A DNA stretch of 64,000 nt. Origin: an uncultured bacterium. Lineage in GTDB: Bacteria > Omnitrophota > Omnitrophia > Omnitrophales > Abzuiibacteriaceae. Below the pieces are notes generated by a model. It worked only from the letters and a program-made list of their open reading frames with translations. It was not told where the DNA came from and made no database searches. Below are positions 10,371 through 20,426 of the stretch, piece by piece; the first letter of the stretch is position 1; each line of letters starts with the position of its first letter. The stretch spans positions 192,001 through 256,000 of the forward strand of contig CAYLXA010000001.1 in assembly GCA_964387845.1 (NCBI GenBank), read 5' to 3'. The position numbers were made by a program, and so were the translations under genes.

Positions 10371-11182
10371 TCTTTCATCTTTTTTAAAATCAACGCGGCG
10401 GTTTCTTCAATCGCGCGGTCGGAAATGTCAATCACCTGCCATTCAAATTTTCGATAAATTCCTCTCGCCCATTTGATTTCCTGATGAATGGCTTCTAAAT
10501 CAACGTAACTGCCCGGGACTTCGTCCCATTCCCTTTTACGCTTAATACGGACCTCCATCAGCTTCTCGGGCGTGATCGTAAATCCAATGACACGACGGTC
10601 GCCTTTTAGCCTTTCAAATTCGGCGGTCATATCCACTTGAGGCGCAATCGGGATATTGGCTACTTTGAAGCCTTTTGTTGCCAAATAAATGCTCGTCGGC
10701 GTTTTGGAAGTTCTTGAAGGCCCGACCAAAATGATGTCTGCTTGCTTTAAATTTCCGAATCCAGCGCCGTCATCATGATTGTTCGTAAACTCGATGGCGG
10801 CCACGCGGCGGAGATATTCATCGTCAATCGGGTGAATCGCTTTGGCATTCCAATCCGGCTTCGTTTTTAAATGCTGGATTAAAAAATCGGTCGGCGGGCC
10901 GGTAAGGTCGAAGACCGGGATTTTTTTCTTTTTTGCTTTCTTCTCAATGGAGTTTTTTAATTCTCGAGACACAACCGTATGAAATAAAACACTGTTGTGA
11001 TTGTGCATTTCGCCGAGAGCTTTGGCAACGCCGGCTTCATCTTCTACAAAATTAAACTTGGTCAGCGAAATCGGATCATTCGGAAACTGGGTGATGAGCG
11101 CATTGGTGAAACGTTCGCCCAATTCCCCCGTTGAATCGGAAATGAGATAAATATTTTTCGGCTTGGCTTCTGTTTTCGCCAT
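10367..11182 (-). CDS. PEP synthetase / pyruvate phosphate dikinase regulatory protein (PSRP, kinase/pyrophosphorylase)
   Basis: NIYLISDSTGELGERF N-terminal and ADIILVGPSRTSKTPTSIYLA C-terminal P-loop-like motifs, matching PpsR/YdiA; 271 aa. Confidence 0.85.
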   Translation of the reverse strand: MAKTEAKPKNIYLISDSTGELGERFTNALITQFPNDPISLTKFNFVEDEAGVAKALGEMHNHNSVLFHTVVSRELKNSIEKKAKKKKIPVFDLTGPPTDFLIQHLKTKPDWNAKAIHPIDDEYLRRVAAIEFTNNHDDGAGFGNLKQADIILVGPSRTSKTPTSIYLATKGFKVANIPIAPQVDMTAEFERLKGDRRVIGFTITPEKLMEVRIKRKREWDEVPGSYVDLEAIHQEIKWARGIYRKFEWQVIDISDRAIEETAALILKKMKE

Positions 11183-11191
11183 AAAGTTGAC

Positions 11192-11671
11192 TTACCCGCC
11201 GTAGTGCCACGGCGTATCGGACATAACCAAAAAATCGGCATCTTGAGGCAATTGAGCTTCCACAACTTCGGCAATGACGAGCGCATGATCGCCGAAACCT
11301 TCCGCCACCTGCTTGACCTCGCATTCCAAATAACCGATCGCATCATCCAAAATCGGCGCGCCGGTTTTCTCGGTGCGAAACGCATATTGGCCAAGCCGGT
11401 TCCCCTCGCGCGTTGCCGATTTGAAAAAGTGCTCGATAATCGCTTTGCCGTTCTTCCCCACAAAATTCACCGTGAGGACTTTACCTTCCTTAATCATTTC
11501 AAGCGATTTGGTTGCGTTCCGGACGCCAATCGCAACCGCAGGCGGGTTCATCGACACTTGTGTGAGCCAGCTCCCCGTAAATCCGTGCAATTCATTTCCG
11601 GATTTAACGCCGATCACGTAAAGCCCGTACGGGATTTTTCTGAGTAATTTCTTTTTAATATCGGGATTCAT
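11192..11671 (-). CDS. Flavin reductase-like domain protein
   Basis: IPYGLYVIGVKSGNELHGFTGSWLTQVSMNPPAVAIGV flavin-reductase fold signature; 159 aa. Confidence 0.7.
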   Translation of the reverse strand: MNPDIKKKLLRKIPYGLYVIGVKSGNELHGFTGSWLTQVSMNPPAVAIGVRNATKSLEMIKEGKVLTVNFVGKNGKAIIEHFFKSATREGNRLGQYAFRTEKTGAPILDDAIGYLECEVKQVAEGFGDHALVIAEVVEAQLPQDADFLVMSDTPWHYGG

Positions 11672-12009
11672 TAGATTTCCTTTTTTGCAAGCAATGCAAT
11701 TGCCTTATCCAAAATAGCCGGGAGATCTTTTTCTTCGACATACTTAAACCAAAGATTATCGGGCATCAGCAAAACATTGGCGCCTTCACTGCAAACGTCT
11801 AAGCATCCGGTGCGGCTGACGCGGATTTTGTGATTAAGGCCGCGCGCTTTTACCATTTCTTTTAAAGTTTCCCGGAGTTTGACGCCGTTTCGATGCGCGC
11901 AGCAAGCACCTTCTGTCTTTTCATTTTCACAAACTAGAATATATTTTCCGAAACGCGATTCCGAAATTTCCATGTCGATAATTGTAGCCGATGGAAAATC
12001 ATGGCTCAA
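11671..12009 (-). CDS. Thioredoxin-like (2Fe-2S) ferredoxin
   Basis: Four Cys in a CC...C...C pattern (EGACCAHRNG ... TGCLDVCSEG) typical of NuoE-like 2Fe-2S ferredoxins; 112 aa. Confidence 0.55.
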   Translation of the reverse strand: MSHDFPSATIIDMEISESRFGKYILVCENEKTEGACCAHRNGVKLRETLKEMVKARGLNHKIRVSRTGCLDVCSEGANVLLMPDNLWFKYVEEKDLPAILDKAIALLAKKEI

Positions 12010-12057
12010 CCATTAAATCCTGTTCACGGATCGTCAACTTTTTGATAAATTAGCGTT

Positions 12058-13017
12058 ATGCATCGCGCACTGAGGCTTCTCTTTTTATCCGCTTTGATCG
12101 CCATCTTCGCCGCTTCAAACCCAACCCGTGCAGAAGAATCCGATCAAAATCCGGAGGCAATTCAGAAAAGTTTTCAGATCGCGCTCGCTAACTCTATCGC
12201 ACAACTGCGTAAAATCGAGGCCGGAAAAAAATACAAACTCCGGTCCATCAATGACTCCATCCGTTCAACTATCCGGGCTGCTGATGCACTCATGCAATAC
12301 GGCAGTTACCAGCAATCAGAACGGCTCCTTAAAGAAGCTCTCGACGCTTATCCTGAAAATATTATCGCTGCACTGATCCTGGCCGATGTTTTTGAATCTC
12401 AAGGAAAGCAGCAGGAAGCCAACCGGGCTTACGAGCAATTTTTGAAAGAAGGCGAAAAAGCCAGCCAGCTGACGAATGACGTAACCAGCTTCGAAGCACG
12501 GGCGGCTTTCGCGGCGTATGTGCGCGAAAAATTGGCCGCTCAGCAAATTTTCCCGCCCAAACCGCGCGGCTACAGTTTTCTGCCGCTTTCGCTCCGGCTT
12601 CAGACCGGTGAAAAATCATGGCTCCTGAGTTTTGTCGCGGGCGGCCTTCCGATGCTGATGGTTGTAACCTCCATTATTTTCATTCTCAGAAAAATATTTA
12701 ACCTTTATGAACCGAACGTGGCGTTAATCGACAAAATCGTTTTTGGATTGTTCATGACTTTTCTTTCCGCTTATATTTTGTGGTCCCTTCATCTTTTTTT
12801 GAATTTGCCGCCGCTTATCAAACCGGTTGAGTATGAAATTTTGGCACTGGTATGCATCGGTATTTCACTTTCCATTTTCAATGTGATTATGGAAAACCGC
12901 AGGAAAGAAGAGCGGTTCAAAAGCGACCCAACCCTTCAGAAATGCCCGCACTGCAAACGTTATATCGAGAAATTGATGGTGATCTGTCCGGTTTGCAACC
13001 GGGAAATTAAGGATTAG
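12058..13017 (+). CDS. Hypothetical secreted/membrane protein with TPR-like helical region, three TM helices and a C-terminal CxxC...CxxC zinc ribbon
   Basis: Signal peptide, hydrophobic segments at ~190-270, CPHCKRYIEKLMVICPVCNREI at the C-terminus. Confidence 0.45.
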   Translation: MHRALRLLFLSALIAIFAASNPTRAEESDQNPEAIQKSFQIALANSIAQLRKIEAGKKYKLRSINDSIRSTIRAADALMQYGSYQQSERLLKEALDAYPENIIAALILADVFESQGKQQEANRAYEQFLKEGEKASQLTNDVTSFEARAAFAAYVREKLAAQQIFPPKPRGYSFLPLSLRLQTGEKSWLLSFVAGGLPMLMVVTSIIFILRKIFNLYEPNVALIDKIVFGLFMTFLSAYILWSLHLFLNLPPLIKPVEYEILALVCIGISLSIFNVIMENRRKEERFKSDPTLQKCPHCKRYIEKLMVICPVCNREIKD

Positions 13018-14482
13018 CCTGCTGAGACACAGGCTCTTCGGAAGATTTTTTGGGTTTTAAAAGTTGAGCGAGGCCCTGCTCAAGCAGCTCCGCCCCAACC
13101 GTTTGAATCGTGCGAGCCGCCAAATTTCCGAAATCGGGCTGCGGGACTGCGCCCGGAACTCGGCCGCGATAAATAAACGGGATTGTTAGCTGGCCTTCGG
13201 GGCCTAGAATCAGCGACAGCTCTTTTACTTTTTTCAACATCGCTTCGCTAAGCACTTGGCCGATTACCAATGAACCTTTCAGATCAATAAAGCCATCCAG
13301 CCCGGCCGAACCTTTGAGGCCCATCGCATAGTCTTGATGCGTCAGTTCAATCGACTGAAGCGTCACGGCCTGATTCGAAATTTTATAGTTGGTTTTAAAT
13401 TGATCGAATTGCGTATCGTTACTTTTTAAAAGCACATCAAACCGCGGGCCCAGATCAAATTCAAAAAGAGCACCGATGCCCGGGATTTGCGTGATGCGCT
13501 CCAAATTTTCCCGAAGCAAATTTTTGTTCTTGAGCGCGCCCGAATCAATCGTCACGTAACCGGCGCTGCTCAACGTTCTTTGTAAATCCTCCGCCTGACT
13601 GCCGCGTGCGCTTGCCGTTAATTCCGCAGACAAAATTCCCGTAAAATACTCGCCGCGCTTCTGCTCTGCCGTTAAAAATGTGGAAAGATCCAAACGATCG
13701 ATTTTGATTTTGAAAGTTCCGGAAGGAATTTCGAATAAATGATCCAGCGACCCCGAAATCTGGATTGATTGATCGAGGCGCGCGTCAAATTCTAAACTGC
13801 TTTCCGGATAGGAGAACCGGCCTTCAGCTGAAAAATATTTCCGCTCACCGAGCAGCAATTCCCCGCTCGTTTTGAACGCAACCGGCGATTTAAACGAAAT
13901 GTTGCGCAGTTCCAAGTTCAGTTTTTCAACCGAAATCACAAGCGGCGGATGCGCTGTTATGTCCCGGTAAACCAAACTTCCGTTTGAAATGAGCACTTTA
14001 GAGATTTTGAAATCGGAAATCTCGGGAGGAAGCGCGGCCGAAGCGGTGCTGGGAGACGGTTGAGACGCTCCGGTTTGAAGCGAAAGCGCCGGCGCAGAAT
14101 TGCCCGTATTTTCGATAAAGATTTTTGGAGATTCGAGCAGGCATTCCGAAATTTCGATCTCTTTGCGAAAAAGCGGGGCAACTTCCAGATTCAGAAAAAA
14201 ACGATCCGCTTCAAATGAAATTTTCGGCGAGTCCGTTGCGCGGGGCTCTCCGAGCGTGAATTGGTCAACTTGAAGCGCAAGGCCGTTCCTGAATTTCAGC
14301 GACAGAGAACCGATTTCGGCAGGACGGCCGATTGTCTGCGAAATTTGTTTTTCGATGGTAGATTTGTAGCGATTCGCATCAAATGTTGCCACAAAAATCG
14401 CAAGTGTAATGGCAACCATTAAAATAATAATGAAAAACGCGATCAATATTTTTTTCATAAAGTTATCAATGCGCAGTGTCAC
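13007..14482 (-). CDS. AsmA-family outer-membrane assembly protein
   Basis: N-terminal TM anchor MKKILIAFFIIILMVAITLAIFV, then a long beta-rich periplasmic region with AsmA-like N-terminus; 491 aa. Confidence 0.6.
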   Translation of the reverse strand: MTLRIDNFMKKILIAFFIIILMVAITLAIFVATFDANRYKSTIEKQISQTIGRPAEIGSLSLKFRNGLALQVDQFTLGEPRATDSPKISFEADRFFLNLEVAPLFRKEIEISECLLESPKIFIENTGNSAPALSLQTGASQPSPSTASAALPPEISDFKISKVLISNGSLVYRDITAHPPLVISVEKLNLELRNISFKSPVAFKTSGELLLGERKYFSAEGRFSYPESSLEFDARLDQSIQISGSLDHLFEIPSGTFKIKIDRLDLSTFLTAEQKRGEYFTGILSAELTASARGSQAEDLQRTLSSAGYVTIDSGALKNKNLLRENLERITQIPGIGALFEFDLGPRFDVLLKSNDTQFDQFKTNYKISNQAVTLQSIELTHQDYAMGLKGSAGLDGFIDLKGSLVIGQVLSEAMLKKVKELSLILGPEGQLTIPFIYRGRVPGAVPQPDFGNLAARTIQTVGAELLEQGLAQLLKPKKSSEEPVSQQANP

Positions 14483-14748
14483 TCATCATGAACAACATCA
14501 TCGTCGTCTTTATGCTTTAAATCATTCATGCGATCAGGGTCGCTTTTTATTTTCAAGAGCGCCCTTTCAATCCTCTGCAAGTCCTGCGGAGACGGCTGAA
14601 TCACCCGTTCTTCAATTTGATTCAAATAACTTTCGGGCATTCCGGTCAATGCCGCAAGTTCCAGCAGTTCGACTTTGAGCTCATTCCGTAAAATTTTTAA
14701 TTCGTGCAAATTCATGAATGCCTCGCCCTGTGTTCTTTTAGTATACAT
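14479..14748 (-). CDS. Small hypothetical protein; real start is probably the internal MNLHELK
   Basis: ORF only; helical, possible HTH; 4-nt coupling with the downstream gene. Confidence 0.3.
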   Translation of the reverse strand: MYTKRTQGEAFMNLHELKILRNELKVELLELAALTGMPESYLNQIEERVIQPSPQDLQRIERALLKIKSDPDRMNDLKHKDDDDVVHDE

Positions 14749-15146
14749 TTATTCATCACAACATGAAGCCCCGCCGCGCGGGCTTTTTCAGCGGATTCAT
14801 TATGCACAATGCCTTCTTGCATCCAAATCACGCGGGCTTTCAGCCGGATGGCCGCATCCACGATTTCCGGTATCGCTTCCGGCTTTCTGAAAATATCCAC
14901 AATATCAATTTTTTCTTTAATTTCGTCTAAACTATGATAGCTCTTCTCGTTGAATATCTCGTCGACGTTGGGATTAACGGGAATAATACGGTAGCCCTGA
15001 AATTTCAAATATTGCGCGACCCGGTAGCTGGGCCGGTCGGGCTTTTCGGATAAGCCAACGACTGCGATTGTTTTGGAAGTTTCTAAAATTCCGTCAATTT
15101 CGGCGGATTTTGCATTGGTTTTGGGGAATTCACATTCTCCAGCCAT
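14712..15146 (-). CDS. CoA-binding domain protein (YccU-like)
   Basis: KTIAVVGLSEKPDRPSYRVAQYLKFQGYRIIPVNP Rossmann-like CoA-binding signature; 144 aa. Confidence 0.75.
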   Translation of the reverse strand: MAGECEFPKTNAKSAEIDGILETSKTIAVVGLSEKPDRPSYRVAQYLKFQGYRIIPVNPNVDEIFNEKSYHSLDEIKEKIDIVDIFRKPEAIPEIVDAAIRLKARVIWMQEGIVHNESAEKARAAGLHVVMNKCILKEHRARHS

Positions 15147-15280
15147 TAAAACTCCTTATCAAATTGCGGCTCTTTTAACCGATATATAGTATCAAAATGA
15201 TTGTTTAAATCAAAATTCATATTTATACTCTTATCGTTTCTCAGTTTATAAAATCGGCTAACTAGAAAAGAACAACCTTT

Positions 15281-16744
15281 ATGAATCCTGTTCTGTTTTC
15301 CATCATTGTGATCGCGGCTTGCTTCGGCATTTTCTATCTTTTCATGAAGAAGCAGGAAGACCTCCAGCGGCGAGAAAATATGCCGCAACCGAGCGGCGAT
15401 ACACCTCAAGGCGAAGTCACGGACACCATTTATCAGGAAATCAGCAAACTAAACGTTCCGACTTTTGCGAAGTCTCAAGTTTCACAAACCCTCGCCAAAA
15501 TTGTCGATCAGGAAATCCACAAAACCAAAGCCTACGTTTCCCAGCAAGTCGAGAAAAAATACACGAAAGTCCTGGAAGAAAAAACAAAAGAAGTTAAGGT
15601 CATTACGCAAAAGTATGAGGCAAGCGAGAAAAAATACGAAGGCGTGGTAAAAGAGAAAAAACAAACCGAGGCCGTGATGAAATCTATCGCGGAAGGGTTG
15701 GTTGTTGTGAATGAAAAAGGCGAAACGCTGCTCATGAATCCGGCCGCCGAGAAAATTCTCGGGGTCAGCAAGGAAAATTTGGTCGGTAAAAACGTTTCCA
15801 CCGCGCAAAAGGAAGGCAAGGTGATTTCACTTGCCCAGCAAACACCCGGTAAAGAAGAAAGCGAAATCACGGTCGTCAGCGAAGACGACAACACAAAGCG
15901 TGTCATCCGTTCCAGCACGGCCGTCATTCAAAATGAATCCGGGCAAACCGTCGGCATGGTGTCGGTTTTAACGGACGTTACCAAGCAAAAAGAGCTTGAT
16001 GAATTAAAAAATAAGTTTGTCTCGAACGTTTCGCACGAACTTCGCGCGCCGATGAATTGCATCAAAGAGTCGATTAATTTATTGCTTGAGCGCTTTGCAG
16101 GCGAAGTGAACCCCGAGCAACAGAAAATTCTGGAGCTTGCCAAACGCAATATCATCCGGCTTTCCGATTTGATTAATGACCTTCTGGATTTGGCCAAATT
16201 GGAATCCAAAGAATACAAATTGAAATATTCCACGTTCCGCCTGGAGGGGTTATTGCATCAAGTCGTTGCAACCTTTGATGCCTGGGCAAAAAGCAAGAAA
16301 GTTACTCTGGAATTCAAAAGCAATCCCGCTTCAATCGAAATTGAAGCCGATCATGACAAAATCATTCAGATTTTGACCAACCTGGTCAGCAACGCGCTTA
16401 AGTTTACGCCTGAGAACGGTAAAATTACGCTGGATGCCAAGTTGCTGCTTGGTGATACGCCGGGAGCACAAGGTTACGTGCAGGTCACCGTACAAGATTC
16501 GGGTGTCGGCATGACACAGGAAGACATTAAAAAACTGTTCCAAAAATTCGTGCAAGTGAGCTCCGCAACCAAAACAACCGCGACCGGCACAGGGCTTGGC
16601 CTTGCGATCGTCAAGGAAATCTGCGATATGCACGGCGGCCGCGTATGGGTTGAAAGCGAAGTCGAAAAAGGCAGCCGTTTTATGTTCGTGCTTCCCCAGC
16701 GCAATCCAAAACCTGAAGCTGCGCCGGCGGCTCAGGCCGCTTAA
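15281..16744 (+). CDS. Membrane-anchored PAS-domain sensor histidine kinase
   Basis: N-terminal TM, PAS region, HisKA H-box SHELRAPMN, HATPase_c G-boxes (DSGVGM, GTGLGLAIV); 487 aa. Confidence 0.85.
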   Translation: MNPVLFSIIVIAACFGIFYLFMKKQEDLQRRENMPQPSGDTPQGEVTDTIYQEISKLNVPTFAKSQVSQTLAKIVDQEIHKTKAYVSQQVEKKYTKVLEEKTKEVKVITQKYEASEKKYEGVVKEKKQTEAVMKSIAEGLVVVNEKGETLLMNPAAEKILGVSKENLVGKNVSTAQKEGKVISLAQQTPGKEESEITVVSEDDNTKRVIRSSTAVIQNESGQTVGMVSVLTDVTKQKELDELKNKFVSNVSHELRAPMNCIKESINLLLERFAGEVNPEQQKILELAKRNIIRLSDLINDLLDLAKLESKEYKLKYSTFRLEGLLHQVVATFDAWAKSKKVTLEFKSNPASIEIEADHDKIIQILTNLVSNALKFTPENGKITLDAKLLLGDTPGAQGYVQVTVQDSGVGMTQEDIKKLFQKFVQVSSATKTTATGTGLGLAIVKEICDMHGGRVWVESEVEKGSRFMFVLPQRNPKPEAAPAAQAA

Positions 16745-16760
16745 TCCATAGGTTTATCGG

Positions 16761-18575
16761 ATGACAACCGCCGCAACGGACGATAATTTTTTGGCGAAAG
16801 GCGTCACATGGAATTTGGCCGACTTGTACGCTTCCCCGAATGATCCAAAGATTGAAAAAGATTTGAAGCTTGCCGAATCAAAATCGATTGATTTCGAAAA
16901 GAAATATAAACCGCTGTTCAAAAAAATTGCCGCTGATTTTCCGATTTCAGAACTTCTTTCCGATTACAAAGAAATTGTGACCCTGATGACTAAGCTCGGG
17001 GTTTACTCGCATCTGGCGTTTGCCGAACAAACCAACGCGCCCGGCATCGGCTCATTTCTGCAAAAAATCCGTGTCGCGCTCACCGACATCCAGTCTCACT
17101 TGCTTTTTTTTGACGTTTGTTGGAACCAGCTCGATCAAAAAACTGCGGAAATGCTCATGCAGAATCCGAAAGTAAAAGCCGACGTCCATTATCTTGAAAG
17201 AATGCGGGCTTTTGCACCTTACACACTAAGTGAAAACGAAGAAAAAATCATGGCCGTGAAATCCAATACCAGCGGCTCGGCTTTCTCGCGGTTGTTTGAT
17301 GAAATTATGAACAACATTCCGTTTTATATTGAAGAAAACGGAAAAAAGGTCAAAAAAAGCGAAGCCGAAGTGCTTTCGCTTTTTCATTCCAAGAACCGAG
17401 AAGAACGAAAACGCGCATCCGACAGTTTGGCGGAAGGCCTGAATGCCAACACGCACATCCTGACGTACATTTACAACATGATTTTGGCCGATCACCGCTC
17501 AAGCCTCAAAATCCGAAATTATAAACACCCGATGGATTCCATGAATTTGTCGAATGAAATCAGCTTTGAGATGGTTTCCAATTTAATCAAAACGGTCAAA
17601 AGCGCTTATCCGATTGCGCATCGTTATTACAATTTGAAAAGAAAATTGATCGGCCTGAGCGAACTTTACGATTATGACCGCTACGCGCCGATTGACACCG
17701 CCGAAGAAAAAATTGGCTTCGACAACTGCCAGAAAATCGTACTTTCGGGATATTATGAATTTTCTGAAGAAGTCGGAAAAATCGCAGAAGAATTCTTCAC
17801 AAAGCGCTGGATTGACGCCGAAATCCGGCAAGGCAAGCAAGGCGGCGGATTTTGCGCGCAAACAACACCCGACCTTCATCCCTATATTTTGGTCAATTAC
17901 ACCGGCAGCGCACGCGATGTGATGACCGTCGCGCACGAGCTCGGACACGGGCTTCATCAGTATTTGGCCGGAAAGCGTGTCGGAATCCTGCAGTCGGACG
18001 CGCCGCTTACGATGGCCGAAACGGCGTCTGTTTTTGGCGAAATGCTGATTTTTGAGAAAATCCTAAGTGCTGAAAAGGATCCTAAAAAGCGGCTTGCGCT
18101 CCTTTGCGGCAAAATCGACGATAACTTTGCGACGGTTTACCGACAGATTTGCATGACCGATTTTGAACTCATGAGCCACGAAACCGGTTTGAAACAAGGC
18201 GAGCTTTCAAGCGATCAGTTGAGTGACTTTTGGATCAAAGCTAACGCAGAATTTTACGGAAAAAGCGTCATTTTAACGGACAACTACCGCCACGGCTGGA
18301 AATACATTCCTCACTTCGTTCATTCGCCGTTTTACTGCTACGCTTATTCTTTCGCGCAGCTTTTCGTGCTGACTTTGTTCCAAAAATACAAACAAGATCA
18401 AAAGTCATTCATCCCGAAATATTTGGAAATGCTCTCACTCGGCGGGTCAAAAAAACCGGAAGAAATCGCGGACATTGCGGGATTAAATCTGAGCGATCCC
18501 AACTTTTTTAAAGCCGGCATTCAACTCTTGGACAAGCTGGTCAGCCAGGCCGAAGCGCTTGCCTCAGCGAATTGA
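16761..18575 (+). CDS. pepF: M3-family oligoendopeptidase F
   Basis: HELGHGLH zinc-binding motif and overall M3B length (604 aa). Confidence 0.85.
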   Translation: MTTAATDDNFLAKGVTWNLADLYASPNDPKIEKDLKLAESKSIDFEKKYKPLFKKIAADFPISELLSDYKEIVTLMTKLGVYSHLAFAEQTNAPGIGSFLQKIRVALTDIQSHLLFFDVCWNQLDQKTAEMLMQNPKVKADVHYLERMRAFAPYTLSENEEKIMAVKSNTSGSAFSRLFDEIMNNIPFYIEENGKKVKKSEAEVLSLFHSKNREERKRASDSLAEGLNANTHILTYIYNMILADHRSSLKIRNYKHPMDSMNLSNEISFEMVSNLIKTVKSAYPIAHRYYNLKRKLIGLSELYDYDRYAPIDTAEEKIGFDNCQKIVLSGYYEFSEEVGKIAEEFFTKRWIDAEIRQGKQGGGFCAQTTPDLHPYILVNYTGSARDVMTVAHELGHGLHQYLAGKRVGILQSDAPLTMAETASVFGEMLIFEKILSAEKDPKKRLALLCGKIDDNFATVYRQICMTDFELMSHETGLKQGELSSDQLSDFWIKANAEFYGKSVILTDNYRHGWKYIPHFVHSPFYCYAYSFAQLFVLTLFQKYKQDQKSFIPKYLEMLSLGGSKKPEEIADIAGLNLSDPNFFKAGIQLLDKLVSQAEALASAN

Positions 18576-19025
18576 AGCAGAAACATTCTGTCCGATTATC
18601 ATCCGGTCGTCTTCGATATCCAAATCAAACTCTGCAAAATCGATAAACGCGTTTTCAATCGGAATCCCGACGGCCCTCTCATCATCTTCGGTCCATTCGC
18701 CGAGCGCTTTTAAAACCTCAACATCCGCTTCGATTTGAGATTCCAACGAAATGGTTTTCTGTAAAACTAACTTTTCGCTGGATGCCGGTGCTTGTGTCAA
18801 ATTCGGCCATTGCCAAATCAACAAGCCGGCTGCTAATACCAAAGCAACGCTGAACACAACAGCGCCGGTGCCGAATGCCGGCATTCCTCCTTTTGATTTC
18901 AGAATCTCCTTCTCAACGGAATCTGAAAAATGATGCAGCGTACTTTCGGGAACTTTCTGATCCCGAAACTGCTTCAGGTTTTTCATCCACGATTCGTCCA
19001 TCTGGTTAAATGAATCTTCTTTCAT
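18564..19025 (-). CDS. Putative anti-sigma factor (single-pass membrane protein)
   Basis: Immediately downstream of and overlapping the ECF sigma gene; cytoplasmic N-terminus, one TM (AVVFSVALVLAAGLLIW), periplasmic C-terminus. Confidence 0.5.
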   Translation of the reverse strand: MKEDSFNQMDESWMKNLKQFRDQKVPESTLHHFSDSVEKEILKSKGGMPAFGTGAVVFSVALVLAAGLLIWQWPNLTQAPASSEKLVLQKTISLESQIEADVEVLKALGEWTEDDERAVGIPIENAFIDFAEFDLDIEDDRMIIGQNVSASIR

Positions 19026-19669
19026 AACCGCCCCCCTTCCATTTCCAATATTCCCGCCAACTTTTCACGCATTTTCTGTCCCGCCTGCCACAAATGCGCT
19101 TTCACGGCACCTTCACTCAATTCCATGCTTTCGGCAATTTCCAAAAGACTCAAACCTTCCAAATACCGGAGTGCAAATGCGCTGCGCTGTTGAAAAGGCA
19201 GGGTTTCAAGCGCCGCAAAGATCGCCGACTGAATTTCCTGATTCATGACTGTTCTTAATGCGCTTGGAGCCGAAGACGGCGCCTGATCAAGCGGGTTTGC
19301 CACTTCACCCTTCTCATTCGTGAAACTTGCCGCAATTGGCGGCTGTTTTTGTGCTCTCCGTTTCCGGAGAAAATCTTTGCAGCTATTCATCAAAATCCGG
19401 TACAGCCATGTCGAAAACTTGCTGCTGCCTTTAAACTGCGGAAGATTTTGGTACACTTTCACGAATGATTCTTGCGCCACATCGCGCGCATCTTCAAGAT
19501 TGCCCAGAAACGAAAATGCCGCGTGAACGGCGCGTTCTTGATGAGCCTTCACCAGCTCACCGAACGCTTTAACATCTCCGCCGCGTGCTTTTTCGATTAA
19601 TTCCTTTTCAATCGAAGCCTGCGTTTTAAGTTCTGGCATTCTTCTCTCTCCGGGCCTTCTTTTTTTCAA
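19022..19669 (-). CDS. ECF-type RNA polymerase sigma-70 factor; start is probably the internal MPELK at ~19639
   Basis: Region 2 (FSTWLYRILMNSCKDFLR) and region 4 (LSLLEIAESMELSEGAVKAHL) motifs. Confidence 0.85.
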   Translation of the reverse strand: MKKRRPGERRMPELKTQASIEKELIEKARGGDVKAFGELVKAHQERAVHAAFSFLGNLEDARDVAQESFVKVYQNLPQFKGSSKFSTWLYRILMNSCKDFLRKRRAQKQPPIAASFTNEKGEVANPLDQAPSSAPSALRTVMNQEIQSAIFAALETLPFQQRSAFALRYLEGLSLLEIAESMELSEGAVKAHLWQAGQKMREKLAGILEMEGGRL

Positions 19670-20285
19670 AATGGTTATTCAAACGCGGATGATTTTCCTT
19701 AAATTGCCTGACCCGGTCAGGATTGTTTTGTTTCCATTCTGCGAACTGTTGCCGTTTTTCCCGTTTCATTTGTTCAAACTTTTCGGGATTTTCTTCCTTC
19801 ATCCTCTTCCACTCTTCGCGCTTTTGCTGCCATTTCTGCTGTTTCTCCGCAAATTTCGGATGTTCCTGTAAAAATTTCTGATAGCGTTCCGGATTTTCTG
19901 ATTTCCAGTGCTCGAACTTCGCGCGGCGCTCCTTCATCATTCCGCGGAATTTTTCCGGATTCTCCTCTTTTAATTGCTGGAGTTTTTCTTTCCGCTCGGA
20001 AATAAACTTTTCCTTCATTTGTTCGTATTTTTCAGGATCGCTCTGCTTCAAGTTTTCCATCCGCTGACGAATCCCGTCTTTACGCTCCAGCGCAAGCCGC
20101 TTGAATTCCTCCGGATTTTCTTCCCGGAGCTGTTTCCATTTTTGAATCCTGGCCTGGATTTCTTCCTGACTTAACTCAGATTGAGAACCAGTTTCGGCCG
20201 ACACGGGCGGCGCAAATAACCCGGCGGTAAAACCAATCAACATCACGAGCGGTATTGCAGCTTGTGTAAAATGTTTGCGATTCAT
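19626..20285 (-). CDS. Secreted, highly charged repetitive protein with iterated (E/Q)NPE(K/R)(F/Y) motifs
   Basis: Signal peptide, then at least seven ENPEEF/DPEKY/ENPEKF/ENPERY/EHPKF/ENPEKF/NNPDRV units spaced ~20-25 aa apart; first gene of the sigma/anti-sigma operon. Confidence 0.5.
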   Translation of the reverse strand: MNRKHFTQAAIPLVMLIGFTAGLFAPPVSAETGSQSELSQEEIQARIQKWKQLREENPEEFKRLALERKDGIRQRMENLKQSDPEKYEQMKEKFISERKEKLQQLKEENPEKFRGMMKERRAKFEHWKSENPERYQKFLQEHPKFAEKQQKWQQKREEWKRMKEENPEKFEQMKREKRQQFAEWKQNNPDRVRQFKENHPRLNNHFEKKKARREKNART

Positions 20286-20426
20286 GGGTATCTCCTGTTT
20301 GCATTTTCTGATAAAAGTAAGCCTTTTTCAATCCTGCTAACTTAGACGCCAAACCGCTTAAAAGGTTTAACTGCAAATATTAGGTGTTTTGTGATAAGCT
20401 AGCCCCATATCAACAAGGAGAAAACA

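Noticed and set aside
15146-15409. 87-aa minus-strand ORF
   Set aside because: It overlaps the promoter and start of the histidine-kinase gene on the opposite strand, with no RBS or domain.
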